Positions 1 to 8,031 of a DNA stretch of 49,003 nucleotides are shown piece by piece. The notes below the pieces were generated by a model. It did no database searches. It was given only the letters and a program-made list of their open reading frames with translations, and was not told the origin of the DNA. This stretch comes from Thermoplasmata archaeon (GTDB taxonomy: Archaea; Thermoplasmatota; Thermoplasmata; Lutacidiplasmatales; UBA184): assembly GCA_030040915.1 (NCBI GenBank), contig JASHSI010000062.1:1-49003 (forward strand), given 5' to 3'. How positions within the stretch are numbered: the first letter of the stretch is position 1; the number at the start of each line of letters is the position of its first letter. The position numbers were made by a program, and so were the translations under genes.

Positions 1-940
1 TAATGCTGGCGAATTCACCTATCATGAGTTTGAGCTCGTCACGATTGCCGGCCTTGAGCGCGTGGATGTACTCGGGCCGGTTCTTGCCAAGGAAAAGAAG
101 GCGGGGGTAGTGGCTCCGCGTGAGCATGAAATTCAGGATCTCGCGGCCCACCCGCCCATTCCCATCCGAGAATGGATGGATGATCTCGAACTTGTAGTGA
201 AATAGGACCGCGAGCTCGAACGGGTGAAGACCTGCGCCCAGCTCGATGTAGTACCTTTCGATCGCCTCCGACAGTTCGGATTCGATAAGGTCGGACGGGG
301 TCACCTGAAGGTCGCAGCCGTCGATTCCAACATCGTCGACCCTCCGGAATCGGCCGGCCGACTCCATGTCGATGTTCTGAAGGACCAGCGCATGGAGGTT
401 CCGAATGAACTCCGGGGTCACTCTCCGCTTGTACGAATTCCTGTAACGAATCACCTGCTTGAAATTCTGTACCTCATTGATCTCGCGGAGCGCCTTTCCC
501 TGCGGCGTTATCCCGTTGATCAGAAGGTCGGCCGTCTGCCTCCGGCTCAGCGTGTTGCCCTCGATGGCGGTCGTGCCGGAAATGTACGAGACCTCGAAGT
601 CCCGCTCGTAGGCCTCGATCTCGCTGGGGGCGGCCGACTGGAGGATGCCCTCGTACAGTGTCTTGACCCGTTCCAGACTCACGATTTCTCCCGCCTCGAG
701 GTATCTCGGCGTGTACTGCGCCGCCAGAAATTCGGCCTTCTTCCAGGCGGCCCGCGTCTCCATGTCCGCGGCCCACTCCCGGCGGAGCCGCTCGACCACC
801 GCTTGGCTGGGGGCCTCGGTTCCGATGTATTTCCTGACCTTGGACTTGCGCGCTCCGACCTTCACGTCCCGGACGAGATAGTACGCCGCCCGCCGGCCCC
901 CCCCGAACTTCAGTTCGACGCGGTAGGGGCGCCTCGCCAT
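1..940 (-). CDS. Fic/DOC family protein, 3' end cut by the window edge
   Basis: Not in the ORF track because no stop occurs before the window edge. Manual reverse-strand translation from ATG (rc of cat 938-940) gives MARRPYRVELKFGG... The Fic motif HPFSDGNGRVGRE is encoded from 178 downward, in frame with 940 (762 nt = 254 codons). TTAIEGN matches the [ST]xxxE[GN] auto-inhibition motif. GC is locally lower. Confidence 0.85.
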   Translation of the reverse strand, partial: MARRPYRVELKFGGGRRAAYYLVRDVKVGARKSKVRKYIGTEAPSQAVVERLRREWAADMETRAAWKKAEFLAAQYTPRYLEAGEIVSLERVKTLYEGILQSAAPSEIEAYERDFEVSYISGTTAIEGNTLSRRQTADLLINGITPQGKALREINEVQNFKQVIRYRNSYKRRVTPEFIRNLHALVLQNIDMESAGRFRRVDDVGIDGCDLQVTPSDLIESELSEAIERYYIELGAGLHPFELAVLFHYKFEIIHPFSDGNGRVGREILNFMLTRSHYPRLLFLGKNRPEYIHALKAGNRDELKLMIGEFASI

Positions 941-961
941 GCCCGGCGTAGGGGCGGCTGG

Positions 962-970
962 TTTAATTAA
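962..970 (-). promoter_or_regulatory. TATA-like box (TTAATTAAA on minus strand) 22-30 nt upstream of the Fic ATG
   Basis: This is the only AT-rich stretch in the 941-1095 spacer. The spacing suggests a leaderless or short-leader transcript. Confidence 0.3.
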
Positions 971-1095
971 TCCGACTATGCGGCCGCCCCTATGGGGTCG
1001 TTCCGGGGTTCGCCGGAACACCCTAGGAGCGGCTCGCCGCCGGCTGCGCGACGGCCCCTCGCCCGATAACCGCGGGACGGGGCTCGCCTAGCGGT

Positions 1096-2235
1096 TCACC
1101 GCTCAAGCGCGTAGCGCCGGCCCTTCCACTCGAGCGGCCTACCGGCCAACCCACGCCAGAGAGACGTCGCTACGAGCACGACATAGAACCCGACGGCGAC
1201 CGGGAAGAGGAGCCCGTACGCCGTCGGCGTCCTGAGCCCGTGGGCCATCGCGAGATGCTTGCCGAATAGGGCGAAGTAGAGCACCGCCCCCCACGCCGCA
1301 AGGGCGGTGGAGCCCCAGATGAGCCCGAGCGGTAGGACCGCGAGGGGGAGCCAGAAGAGGCCGACCAGGCCCGCGAGGAACGCCAGCTGCCGGCCAGCCG
1401 AGAAATCGACGCCGTGAACGTTCTTGAGGAGTCCCTCGAACATCTCGTGGCGGTCCCGGTACATCCGGGTCGACAGGAGGTCCGGGGCCCAGGCGACCCG
1501 CATCGGGAGACCGGCGGTCCGATACCGGCGCGCCAGCGCGACGTCCTCCAGGACAGCGAACCGAACGGCCGCATGCCCGCCGACCCGCTCGTACCCCTCT
1601 CGGCGGACGAGCGTGAACTGGCCGTTCGCCATCGCCGCGCGCGAGTCAGGGCGGTTGACCCGGGGCGTCCGGAAGTACGTGAGGACCATCTGGGCGTAGA
1701 ACGGGAGGATCACTCGCTCCCAGAACGAGCCGGTCTCGAACCGAGGGGCTAGGGTGGCGAGCTCGGCCTTCTCTCGGAGGGCCCATTCTACGGCGGCCCG
1801 CACGGCGGTGCGCTCCAGCCGGACGTCGGCGTCGAGGAAGAGGACGAATTCCCCGTGCGTCGCCTTCGCGCCGAGGTCGCAGGCCCAGTTCTTCCCGACC
1901 CACCCCTCCGGGACCGGGGGCTCCTCGATCAGCCGGACCCGGGGGGCGCGAGCCTGCGCGACCTCGCGGGTCCGGTCCGTCGACGCCCCGTCGACCACAA
2001 CGATCTCCAGGTCCGGGTAGCCCTGCGCGAGGAGGTCGTCGAGACACGGACCAAGGTCGAGTTCCTCGTTCCGCGCCGCGATCACGACGCTCAGGGAGGG
2101 AAGGGGTCCTGGGCCCAGGGGACCGACCGGATCCAGCCGGGGCATCTGGAGGGCGAGCACGATCGCGACGCCCTGGAACAGCAGGGCGACGAAGGACAGC
2201 CCGAAGATGAGGAGGAGGATGGCGAGGTCGACCAC
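1096..2235 (-). CDS. Family 2 glycosyltransferase, membrane-bound
   Basis: 379-aa ORF. It has an N-terminal TM helix, then VVIAARNEE...IVVVDGASTDRT and FLDADV (GT-A/GT2 type), then several C-terminal TM helices. Confidence 0.85.
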   Translation of the reverse strand: MVDLAILLLIFGLSFVALLFQGVAIVLALQMPRLDPVGPLGPGPLPSLSVVIAARNEELDLGPCLDDLLAQGYPDLEIVVVDGASTDRTREVAQARAPRVRLIEEPPVPEGWVGKNWACDLGAKATHGEFVLFLDADVRLERTAVRAAVEWALREKAELATLAPRFETGSFWERVILPFYAQMVLTYFRTPRVNRPDSRAAMANGQFTLVRREGYERVGGHAAVRFAVLEDVALARRYRTAGLPMRVAWAPDLLSTRMYRDRHEMFEGLLKNVHGVDFSAGRQLAFLAGLVGLFWLPLAVLPLGLIWGSTALAAWGAVLYFALFGKHLAMAHGLRTPTAYGLLFPVAVGFYVVLVATSLWRGLAGRPLEWKGRRYALER

Positions 2236-2256
2236 CCTCCGCCGGCCGGCGGCGTC

Positions 2257-2263
2257 TATTAAT
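2257..2263. promoter_or_regulatory. Shared TATA-like element (TATTAAT) in the 56-nt divergent GT2/Hef spacer
   Basis: Lies 29-35 nt upstream of the Hef ATG (2292) and 22-28 nt upstream of the GT2 GTG (2235). It is the only AT-rich stretch in the spacer. Confidence 0.35.
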
Positions 2264-2291
2264 CGGGTGCGGTCGACTCCCCCGACGCGCG

Positions 2292-3893
2292 ATGGCGACG
2301 GTCGAGCATCCTCGGATCCGGCCGGGCCTCATCGAGGACCGAAGCTATCAGGCCCGGATCGCCGCGGCGGCCATCGACCGCAACACGCTCGTGGTCCTGC
2401 CGACCGGGCTCGGGAAGACCGCGATCGCCGTCCGCGTAGCGGCGGAGTCGCTCCGACGGGCCCCGACCCGCTCCATCCTTCTCCTCGCGCCGACGCGGCC
2501 GCTGGTCGTGCAGCACGCGGAGACGCTCGGCGGCGCGCTCCTCGCCCCGGCGCCGCTCGTGCTCACCGGATCCATCCCGCCGGAGCGTCGGGCGGCCCTC
2601 CTGAACCCCCCTCAGATCGTCGTGGCCACCCCCCAGGTGGTGGCGAACGATCTTGGGAAAGGGGGGTTTCCCCTGGAGAGCTTCTCGCTCCTCGTGTTCG
2701 ACGAGGCCCACCGGGCCGTCGGCGATTACCCGTACGTGCGGATTGGCCGGGCGAACGCGGAGGGGGCCCGTGCGCGCGTCCTCGCCATGACCGCCTCGCC
2801 CGGTTCCAGTCGTCGGGCGATCGCGGAGGTATGGGCGAACCTGGGGATCGAGCACGTCGAGTATCGAACCTCGGACGATCCGGAGGTCTCCTCCTACGTT
2901 CCCGGGATCGCGGTCGAACCGGTGCCGGTCGCGGTACCGGTCGAGGTCCAGCGGCTCGCGGCCGGGCTCCGGACCGCCCTGCGGACCCAGACGGACCGGT
3001 TGGCTTCGGTGGGCCTGTTGCCGGCCGGGGCGACCAGCCGTCGCCTTCTCCTCGACGTGGGGAACACCCTCCACCGTCAGGTGGCGGCGTCCAAGAAGCG
3101 GGGGGAGCTGGCACCGGCCGGCGTGTGGGCGGCGGTCACCGCCCAGGCGGCCGCGATGAAGGCGCAACATGCCGTGGAGCTCGTCGAGACCCAGGGGGTG
3201 GAAGCGCTCCGGGCGTTCCTCGGCCGTCAGGCCGAACTGAAGGCGTCACCGGCCCAGCGCGCGTTCCTCGGCGACCCGGAAGTGGTCGCGGTCACCGAGC
3301 TCCTCCGCGGGATGAGCCTCGAGCATCCGAAGGTCGAGCGGACGGCCGCCATCGTTTCGGAACAGCTCCACCGCGTCCCGGAGTCCCGGGTGATCGTCTT
3401 CACCCAGTACCGCCAGACCGCCGACGTGCTCCTCCACGAGCTCGAGGAACGGAAGGACTCGAGCGTGCGTCCCGCCCGGTTCGTGGGCCAAGGCTCGCAG
3501 GGGGACGACGCCGGGATGAGCCAGAAGGAGCAGGTCGCCCGGCTCGCGGAGTTCCGGGAGGGCGTGGTGAACTGCCTCGTCGCCACGTCCGTGGCGGAGG
3601 AGGGGCTGGACGTCCCCAACACCGACCTCGTCGTGTTCTACGAGCCGGTCCCGGACGTCATCCGGTCGATCCAGCGGCGCGGCCGGACTGGGCGCGCGCG
3701 CACCGGCCGGGCCGTCGTGCTCGTCGCCGAGGGGACCCGGGACGTCGGGCTGCAGCGGTCGAGCTCCCGGAAGGAGCGGAGGATGCACGAGATGCTCGAG
3801 GAGATCGAGGAGGAGTCCCATCGAGGACCGGTCCGCCCGCCCCCGCCCCGGCTCACCCAGCGCTCGCTCGAGGAGTTCCCTTCCGGACCCTGA
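2292..3893 (+). CDS. hef: Hef/FANCM/Mph1-like SF2 helicase (helicase part only)
   Basis: 533-aa ORF with motifs LPTGLGKT, VFDEAH, MTASPG, VATSVAEEGLDVP and QRRGRTGR. No ERCC4 nuclease or HhH2 region follows the helicase core. Confidence 0.85.
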   Translation: MATVEHPRIRPGLIEDRSYQARIAAAAIDRNTLVVLPTGLGKTAIAVRVAAESLRRAPTRSILLLAPTRPLVVQHAETLGGALLAPAPLVLTGSIPPERRAALLNPPQIVVATPQVVANDLGKGGFPLESFSLLVFDEAHRAVGDYPYVRIGRANAEGARARVLAMTASPGSSRRAIAEVWANLGIEHVEYRTSDDPEVSSYVPGIAVEPVPVAVPVEVQRLAAGLRTALRTQTDRLASVGLLPAGATSRRLLLDVGNTLHRQVAASKKRGELAPAGVWAAVTAQAAAMKAQHAVELVETQGVEALRAFLGRQAELKASPAQRAFLGDPEVVAVTELLRGMSLEHPKVERTAAIVSEQLHRVPESRVIVFTQYRQTADVLLHELEERKDSSVRPARFVGQGSQGDDAGMSQKEQVARLAEFREGVVNCLVATSVAEEGLDVPNTDLVVFYEPVPDVIRSIQRRGRTGRARTGRAVVLVAEGTRDVGLQRSSSRKERRMHEMLEEIEEESHRGPVRPPPPRLTQRSLEEFPSGP

Positions 3894-3908
3894 TCGACCA
3901 GGGCTGGG

Positions 3909-4352
3909 TCACTTCCCGGTGCTGCCGAATCCGCCGAGTCGGCTCACTCGGGGGGCCACCGTCCCCTCCTCAAAGTGCGCGGGTCGGTCGGCGACGAGTC
4001 GGATCTGCCCGATCCGGTCCCCGACGGAGATCGAGTAGCGCCCGTCGAAGAGGAAGGTGAGCGGGATCCGGATCTCCCCCGAGTAGTCCCGGTCGATCGT
4101 CCCTGGCGCGTTGACCATCAGGACCCCCTTGGAGGAGAGCCCGCTGCGGGGGCGAACCTCGAGGAAGGTCCCCGGCGGGGGGCGCATCTTGAAACCGGTC
4201 CGGACGAGCGTGACCCGCCCCCGTTCGAGCGTCGTCGACTCGGCCGCGGCGAGATCGAAGCAGGCGGATCCGCGGGTCGCCCGGGCCGGCAGGGGCACGA
4301 TGGCCGCGTCCGGCAGGCGCTCGACGATCACCCGGGCGGCCCGCGGCGCCAC
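3909..4352 (-). CDS. dut: dUTP diphosphatase (trimeric dUTPase)
   Basis: 147-aa ORF with motifs SACFDL, RPRSGLS, GTIDRDYSGEI, GDRIGQIRL and GGFGSTGK. Confidence 0.9.
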   Translation of the reverse strand: MAPRAARVIVERLPDAAIVPLPARATRGSACFDLAAAESTTLERGRVTLVRTGFKMRPPPGTFLEVRPRSGLSSKGVLMVNAPGTIDRDYSGEIRIPLTFLFDGRYSISVGDRIGQIRLVADRPAHFEEGTVAPRVSRLGGFGSTGK

Positions 4353-4379
4353 GGTGAGGGCCGAGCGGCGCCCGGCCTT

Positions 4380-5099
4380 CTACTCTTCGGTCCCAGTCCC
4401 CGGGGGGGCGGCGATCGGCTCCGCCGCCAGGTAGCGCGCTACGAGCAGGCGTTCGGCCCGACGGAGCATCTTGCCGAGAGCCGGCGGGCTCTGACCGGTG
4501 AGGCGAGAAAGCCGGGTCAAGGTGATCCGGCGGGGGAGCGCGTAGTAGCCGAGCGTCCAGGCCCGGGCCAAGGTCTCCCGCTGCCGACCGGTGAGATCGG
4601 CCGAGGCCGGGTCGGCGAGGGTCGGGCGGCTCGAGGTCCGGAGGACTCGGAAGGGGAGCTCCATCCGTCGCAGCCGGGAGAGCACCTTTCCCAGGGCCCT
4701 CTCTTCGGCCCGGAAGGTTGCTACGGTGGTCCGCTCCCCGACACGGAACGGGGCGGTCGGGGAGATCTCCCCGCCCGCGAGGTCGATCAGCGCCTGCAGC
4801 GAGGCCGGATTCTTCTGGCGGACGAGGAGGATGTAGTCCCGGGTCCTCGGCCGGCGCTCGACGAGCTCGAAATCCGTCAGCCCGTAGAGCCGACGGATCC
4901 GGCGCGATTCCCGCTCGAGCTCCGCGGCCGAACGCAAGCCGCCGCGCCGTCGCAGGCGAAGGAGCTGGAGCCGCCATCCCCGCTCCAGGCGGAGGGTCTC
5001 GAGGAGCTCGACCTCCTCGTACCGGTCGAAGAAGCGGGGCGGGATGACGCCCATCGCCGCGAGGTCCGCGGTGGCGAACTCGAGCATCACCGTCTGCAT
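4380..5099 (-). CDS. HTH_10 (bacterio-opsin-activator-type) DNA-binding regulator
   Basis: 239-aa ORF. The C-terminus DLTGRQRETLARAWTLGYYALPRRITLTRLSRLTGQSPPALGKMLRRAERLLV fits the archaeal HTH_10 pattern. Confidence 0.75.
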   Translation of the reverse strand: MQTVMLEFATADLAAMGVIPPRFFDRYEEVELLETLRLERGWRLQLLRLRRRGGLRSAAELERESRRIRRLYGLTDFELVERRPRTRDYILLVRQKNPASLQALIDLAGGEISPTAPFRVGERTTVATFRAEERALGKVLSRLRRMELPFRVLRTSSRPTLADPASADLTGRQRETLARAWTLGYYALPRRITLTRLSRLTGQSPPALGKMLRRAERLLVARYLAAEPIAAPPGTGTEE

Positions 5100-5147
5100 C
5101 GCGCGGCCGCCGGGTTCAGGGGTAAACCCTTGGAGCGGCGCCCCGCC

Positions 5148-5155
5148 TTAAAGTA
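5148..5155 (+). promoter_or_regulatory. TATA-like box (TTAAAGTA) 27-34 nt upstream of the ubiD ATG
   Basis: AT-rich octamer in the GC-rich divergent spacer 5100-5181. A second element, GGTAAACC (5121-5128), sits 22-29 nt upstream of the divergent HTH_10 gene. Confidence 0.35.
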
Positions 5156-5181
5156 GGGGGGCTCGCTCGCCGGGTCCGGCC

Positions 5182-6663
5182 ATGGCATACCCGTCGCTCG
5201 GCGCCTTCCTCGAGGAGCTCGAGACGGCGGGGGACCTCCAACGGATCCGGTCCCCTGTCTCCCGGGACCTCGAGATCACCGAGGTCACCCGGAGGACGAT
5301 CGCGCGCGACGGACCGGCGCTCCTCTTCGAGCGCGTCCCCGGTTCGACGATGCCGGTGGCGATGAACGTCCTCGGGTCCCCCCGGCGGATCGCCCGCGCC
5401 CTCGGGGCGAAGGACCTCGACGAACCGGCGAAGCGGATCGGCGAGCTCCTGCGCCTCAAGCCGCCCGCCGGCATCGGGGCGGCGCTCAAGGACCTCTCCG
5501 GGACGATCGATCTCCTCCAGACGGTCCGCTCGCTCGGCCCGAAGCGCGTGTCGAGCGGCCCGTGCCAGGAGGTGGAATCCGACCACGTCGACCTCGACTC
5601 CCTCCCGATACTCCGCACCTGGCCGGGGGACGGAGGCCGGACCGTCACCTTCCCCATCGTGATCACGAAGGACCCGGAGAGCGGGGAGTCCCACACCGGG
5701 ATCTACCGACTGCAGCAGTACGGTCCGGATACCCTAGGATTCCACGCGCAGATCCATCGGGTGGGCCGGAGCAACCTCGCGAAGTGGGCCGCGCGCGGGC
5801 AGCGGATGCCGGTGGCGGCCGTGATCGGGGCCGACCCGGCCACGGTCCTCTCCGGGCTCGCCCCCGTCCCCGAGGGGATCTCCAACTTCGTCTTCGCGAG
5901 CTTCCTTCGGCAGGAGCCGTTGAAGTTGGTGCCGGCCCGGACCGTCGACCTCGACGTCCCTGCCGAGGCGGAGATCGTGCTCGAGGGGTACGTCGACGCC
6001 TCGGAGGAGAAGGTCGAAGGACCGTTCGGCGACCACACCGGCTACTACTCGGCGCCCGAGCCGTTCCCGGTCTTCCACGTCACCCACATGACGCGACGGT
6101 CCCGGCCGGTCTACCTCGGCACGTTCACGGGGAAGCCACCGACCGAGGACGCGGTGCTCGGGAAGGCGGTCGAGCGGATCTTCCTCCCGGTGGTCCGACT
6201 GGTCCTCCCCGAGATCGTCGACATGAACCTCCCCGTCGAGGGGCTCTTCATCAACGTCGCGGTTGTCTCGATACGCAAGCGCTACCCCGGCCACGCCCGG
6301 AAGGTGATGCACGCCCTCTGGGGGTTGGGCCAGATGATGTTCACCCGGTACGTCGTCGTGGTCGACGAGGGGGTCGACGTGCACGACCTCTCCGAGGTGC
6401 TCTACCGCGTCGGGCTCCAGGCCGACCCCGGTCATGATCTCGAGATCGTGGAGGGGCCGGTCGACCAGCTCTCGATCTCGAACCCGGTGCCGAACTTCGG
6501 CTCGAAGATCGGGATCGACGCGACCCGGAAGGGACCTTCCGACGCGTTCCCGAGGCCGTGGCCGGAGGAGATCCGGATGGACCCGAAGGTCATCGAGCGG
6601 GTCGACGGGCTCGCCGCGAGCGACCCGGCCCTCGGCGCGCTCCTCGGCCGTCCGAAGCCGTGA
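5182..6663 (+). CDS. ubiD: UbiD-family (prenyl-FMN-dependent) aromatic decarboxylase
   Basis: 493-aa ORF with UbiD-type segments GIYRLQQYG and EGPFGDHTGYY. It is coupled to a UbiA prenyltransferase. Confidence 0.9.
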   Translation: MAYPSLGAFLEELETAGDLQRIRSPVSRDLEITEVTRRTIARDGPALLFERVPGSTMPVAMNVLGSPRRIARALGAKDLDEPAKRIGELLRLKPPAGIGAALKDLSGTIDLLQTVRSLGPKRVSSGPCQEVESDHVDLDSLPILRTWPGDGGRTVTFPIVITKDPESGESHTGIYRLQQYGPDTLGFHAQIHRVGRSNLAKWAARGQRMPVAAVIGADPATVLSGLAPVPEGISNFVFASFLRQEPLKLVPARTVDLDVPAEAEIVLEGYVDASEEKVEGPFGDHTGYYSAPEPFPVFHVTHMTRRSRPVYLGTFTGKPPTEDAVLGKAVERIFLPVVRLVLPEIVDMNLPVEGLFINVAVVSIRKRYPGHARKVMHALWGLGQMMFTRYVVVVDEGVDVHDLSEVLYRVGLQADPGHDLEIVEGPVDQLSISNPVPNFGSKIGIDATRKGPSDAFPRPWPEEIRMDPKVIERVDGLAASDPALGALLGRPKP

Positions 6664-7538
6664 GCGCCCCGTCGGGCGGCCGGGCCGGCGAGCTCGCCCG
6701 CTTCCTCGAGATCCAGAACCTCGGGCTGAACCTGTTCTTCGCCATCGCCTTCCTCCTGGTCGCCGCGGGCGGGATCCCGTCGCTGCGTGTGCTCGTCCTC
6801 GCGGTCGTGGCGTTCATCGCGGCCCGCAACGCCGGGCACAGCTTCAACCGCTGGGTCGATCGGGACCTCGACCGACAGAACCCCCGCACCGCGGGCCGGG
6901 CCCTCGTCACCGGGCGGCTCTCCGAGCGCTTCTCCCTCGCGATGACCGCGGCGAACGCCGCGATCCTCGTCGCGGCGGCCGCCCTCCTCAACCCGCTCGC
7001 GCTGGCGCTGGCCCCGGTCGCGCTCGCCCTTCTCCTGGGGTACAGCGCGACGAAGCGTTGGGGTTGGGGGACGACGCTCTTCCTCGGGCTCGTGGAAGCC
7101 GTCACCCCGGCCGCGGCGTTCGTCGCCGTGCAGGGGGCGCTCCCATCGGTGGCCGTTCTGGCCATCGTGGGGATGTTCTTCTGGGGGAGCGCGTTCGAGA
7201 CGGTCCACAGCCTAGGGGACCTCACGTCGGACCGGGCGCTCGGCCTGCCGTCCCTGCCGGTCCGCGTGGGGGAGGCTCGGGCCCGGTCCGCCGTCGCGCT
7301 CTTCCACGGGGCCGCCCTCGCCGCGTGGGCCGGGTTCGGCTGGTTCGCCGGCCTCTCCGGCCCCTACTTCCTGGGGCTCGGGGTCGTGGCCGCCCTCGTG
7401 GCGGCCTCGGACGTGGGGTTCCTGCGAGGAGCCATGCCGACCGCTGGCCGATTCCGCCGCCACATGGCCTACGGGGCGATCTTCCTCGCCGGGACCGCGG
7501 TGGCGATCTTCCTTCCGGCGGTTCTCGCCCTCCCGTGA
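6660..7538 (+). CDS. ubiA: UbiA-family aromatic prenyltransferase
   Basis: Uses the frame of track ORF 6558..7538. I place the start at GTG 6660, giving a GTGA overlap with the ubiD stop at 6661-6663. The NRWVDRDLDRQNPRTAGR sequence is the NxxxDxxxD motif. The protein is polytopic. Confidence 0.85.
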   Translation: MSAPSGGRAGELARFLEIQNLGLNLFFAIAFLLVAAGGIPSLRVLVLAVVAFIAARNAGHSFNRWVDRDLDRQNPRTAGRALVTGRLSERFSLAMTAANAAILVAAAALLNPLALALAPVALALLLGYSATKRWGWGTTLFLGLVEAVTPAAAFVAVQGALPSVAVLAIVGMFFWGSAFETVHSLGDLTSDRALGLPSLPVRVGEARARSAVALFHGAALAAWAGFGWFAGLSGPYFLGLGVVAALVAASDVGFLRGAMPTAGRFRRHMAYGAIFLAGTAVAIFLPAVLALP

Positions 7539-7643
7539 GGGGTGAACGGGCCCGCAACACAAGGTTCGTCGGAGGTACTACGGCCGAATCGACCGGGTCA
7601 CCACCCTTTTCAGGCCGGTTCGGTTCGTCCGCGGGGATCGACG

Positions 7644-7988
7644 ATGACCCAGGTGATGATCGGACTCTCGGCGCGCGACGACAAGACCACGAACGCGGTC
7701 TGGCGACTCGCCAAGCGGAACCTGAACCCGGTCGTCCGTCGGAGGATCGGGTGGCGGGGGCGGTCGAGCTTCCTCCGCACGCTCATACTCTACGGCTTTG
7801 AGAAGGCGAGCGAGGACCCGATGGCGTTCCTCCGCGAGGTCCGGGAGACGCACGACCCGATGATCGGGTCGCTCGGCCGGTCGGTGGGCGGAGCGGACCG
7901 ACGCGAGGCCCTGGTCGCCCGATGGGAGGCGTCGTTCCCCGGGCCGGCAGCCACGGCGCGCGGACGCAAGGCGCCGAAGTCGCCGTAG
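7644..7988 (+). CDS. Hypothetical protein
   Basis: Internal ATG of track ORF 7542..7988 (MTQVMIGLSARDD...). Composition is protein-like and I recognised no motif. The overlapping minus ORF 7578..8345 is R/P/S-rich junk. Confidence 0.4.
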   Translation: MTQVMIGLSARDDKTTNAVWRLAKRNLNPVVRRRIGWRGRSSFLRTLILYGFEKASEDPMAFLREVRETHDPMIGSLGRSVGGADRREALVARWEASFPGPAATARGRKAPKSP

Positions 7989-8031
7989 GAATCCTCGCCC
8001 GCACGGCATCCGGACCGGAGGGGATCCGCCC

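Noticed and set aside
224-970. 248-aa plus-strand ORF (and nested ORFs 474..776, 645..881) at the left edge
   Set aside because: It is antisense to the Fic gene, whose reverse-strand translation carries the HPFSDGNGR motif. The plus-strand product is Arg/Leu/Pro/Gly-rich with no motif.
2207-4060. 617-aa plus-strand ORF overlapping the Hef gene in another frame
   Set aside because: It has extreme Arg/Gly/Pro composition typical of off-frame reading in high-GC DNA. The 2292..3893 frame carries complete SF2 helicase motifs.
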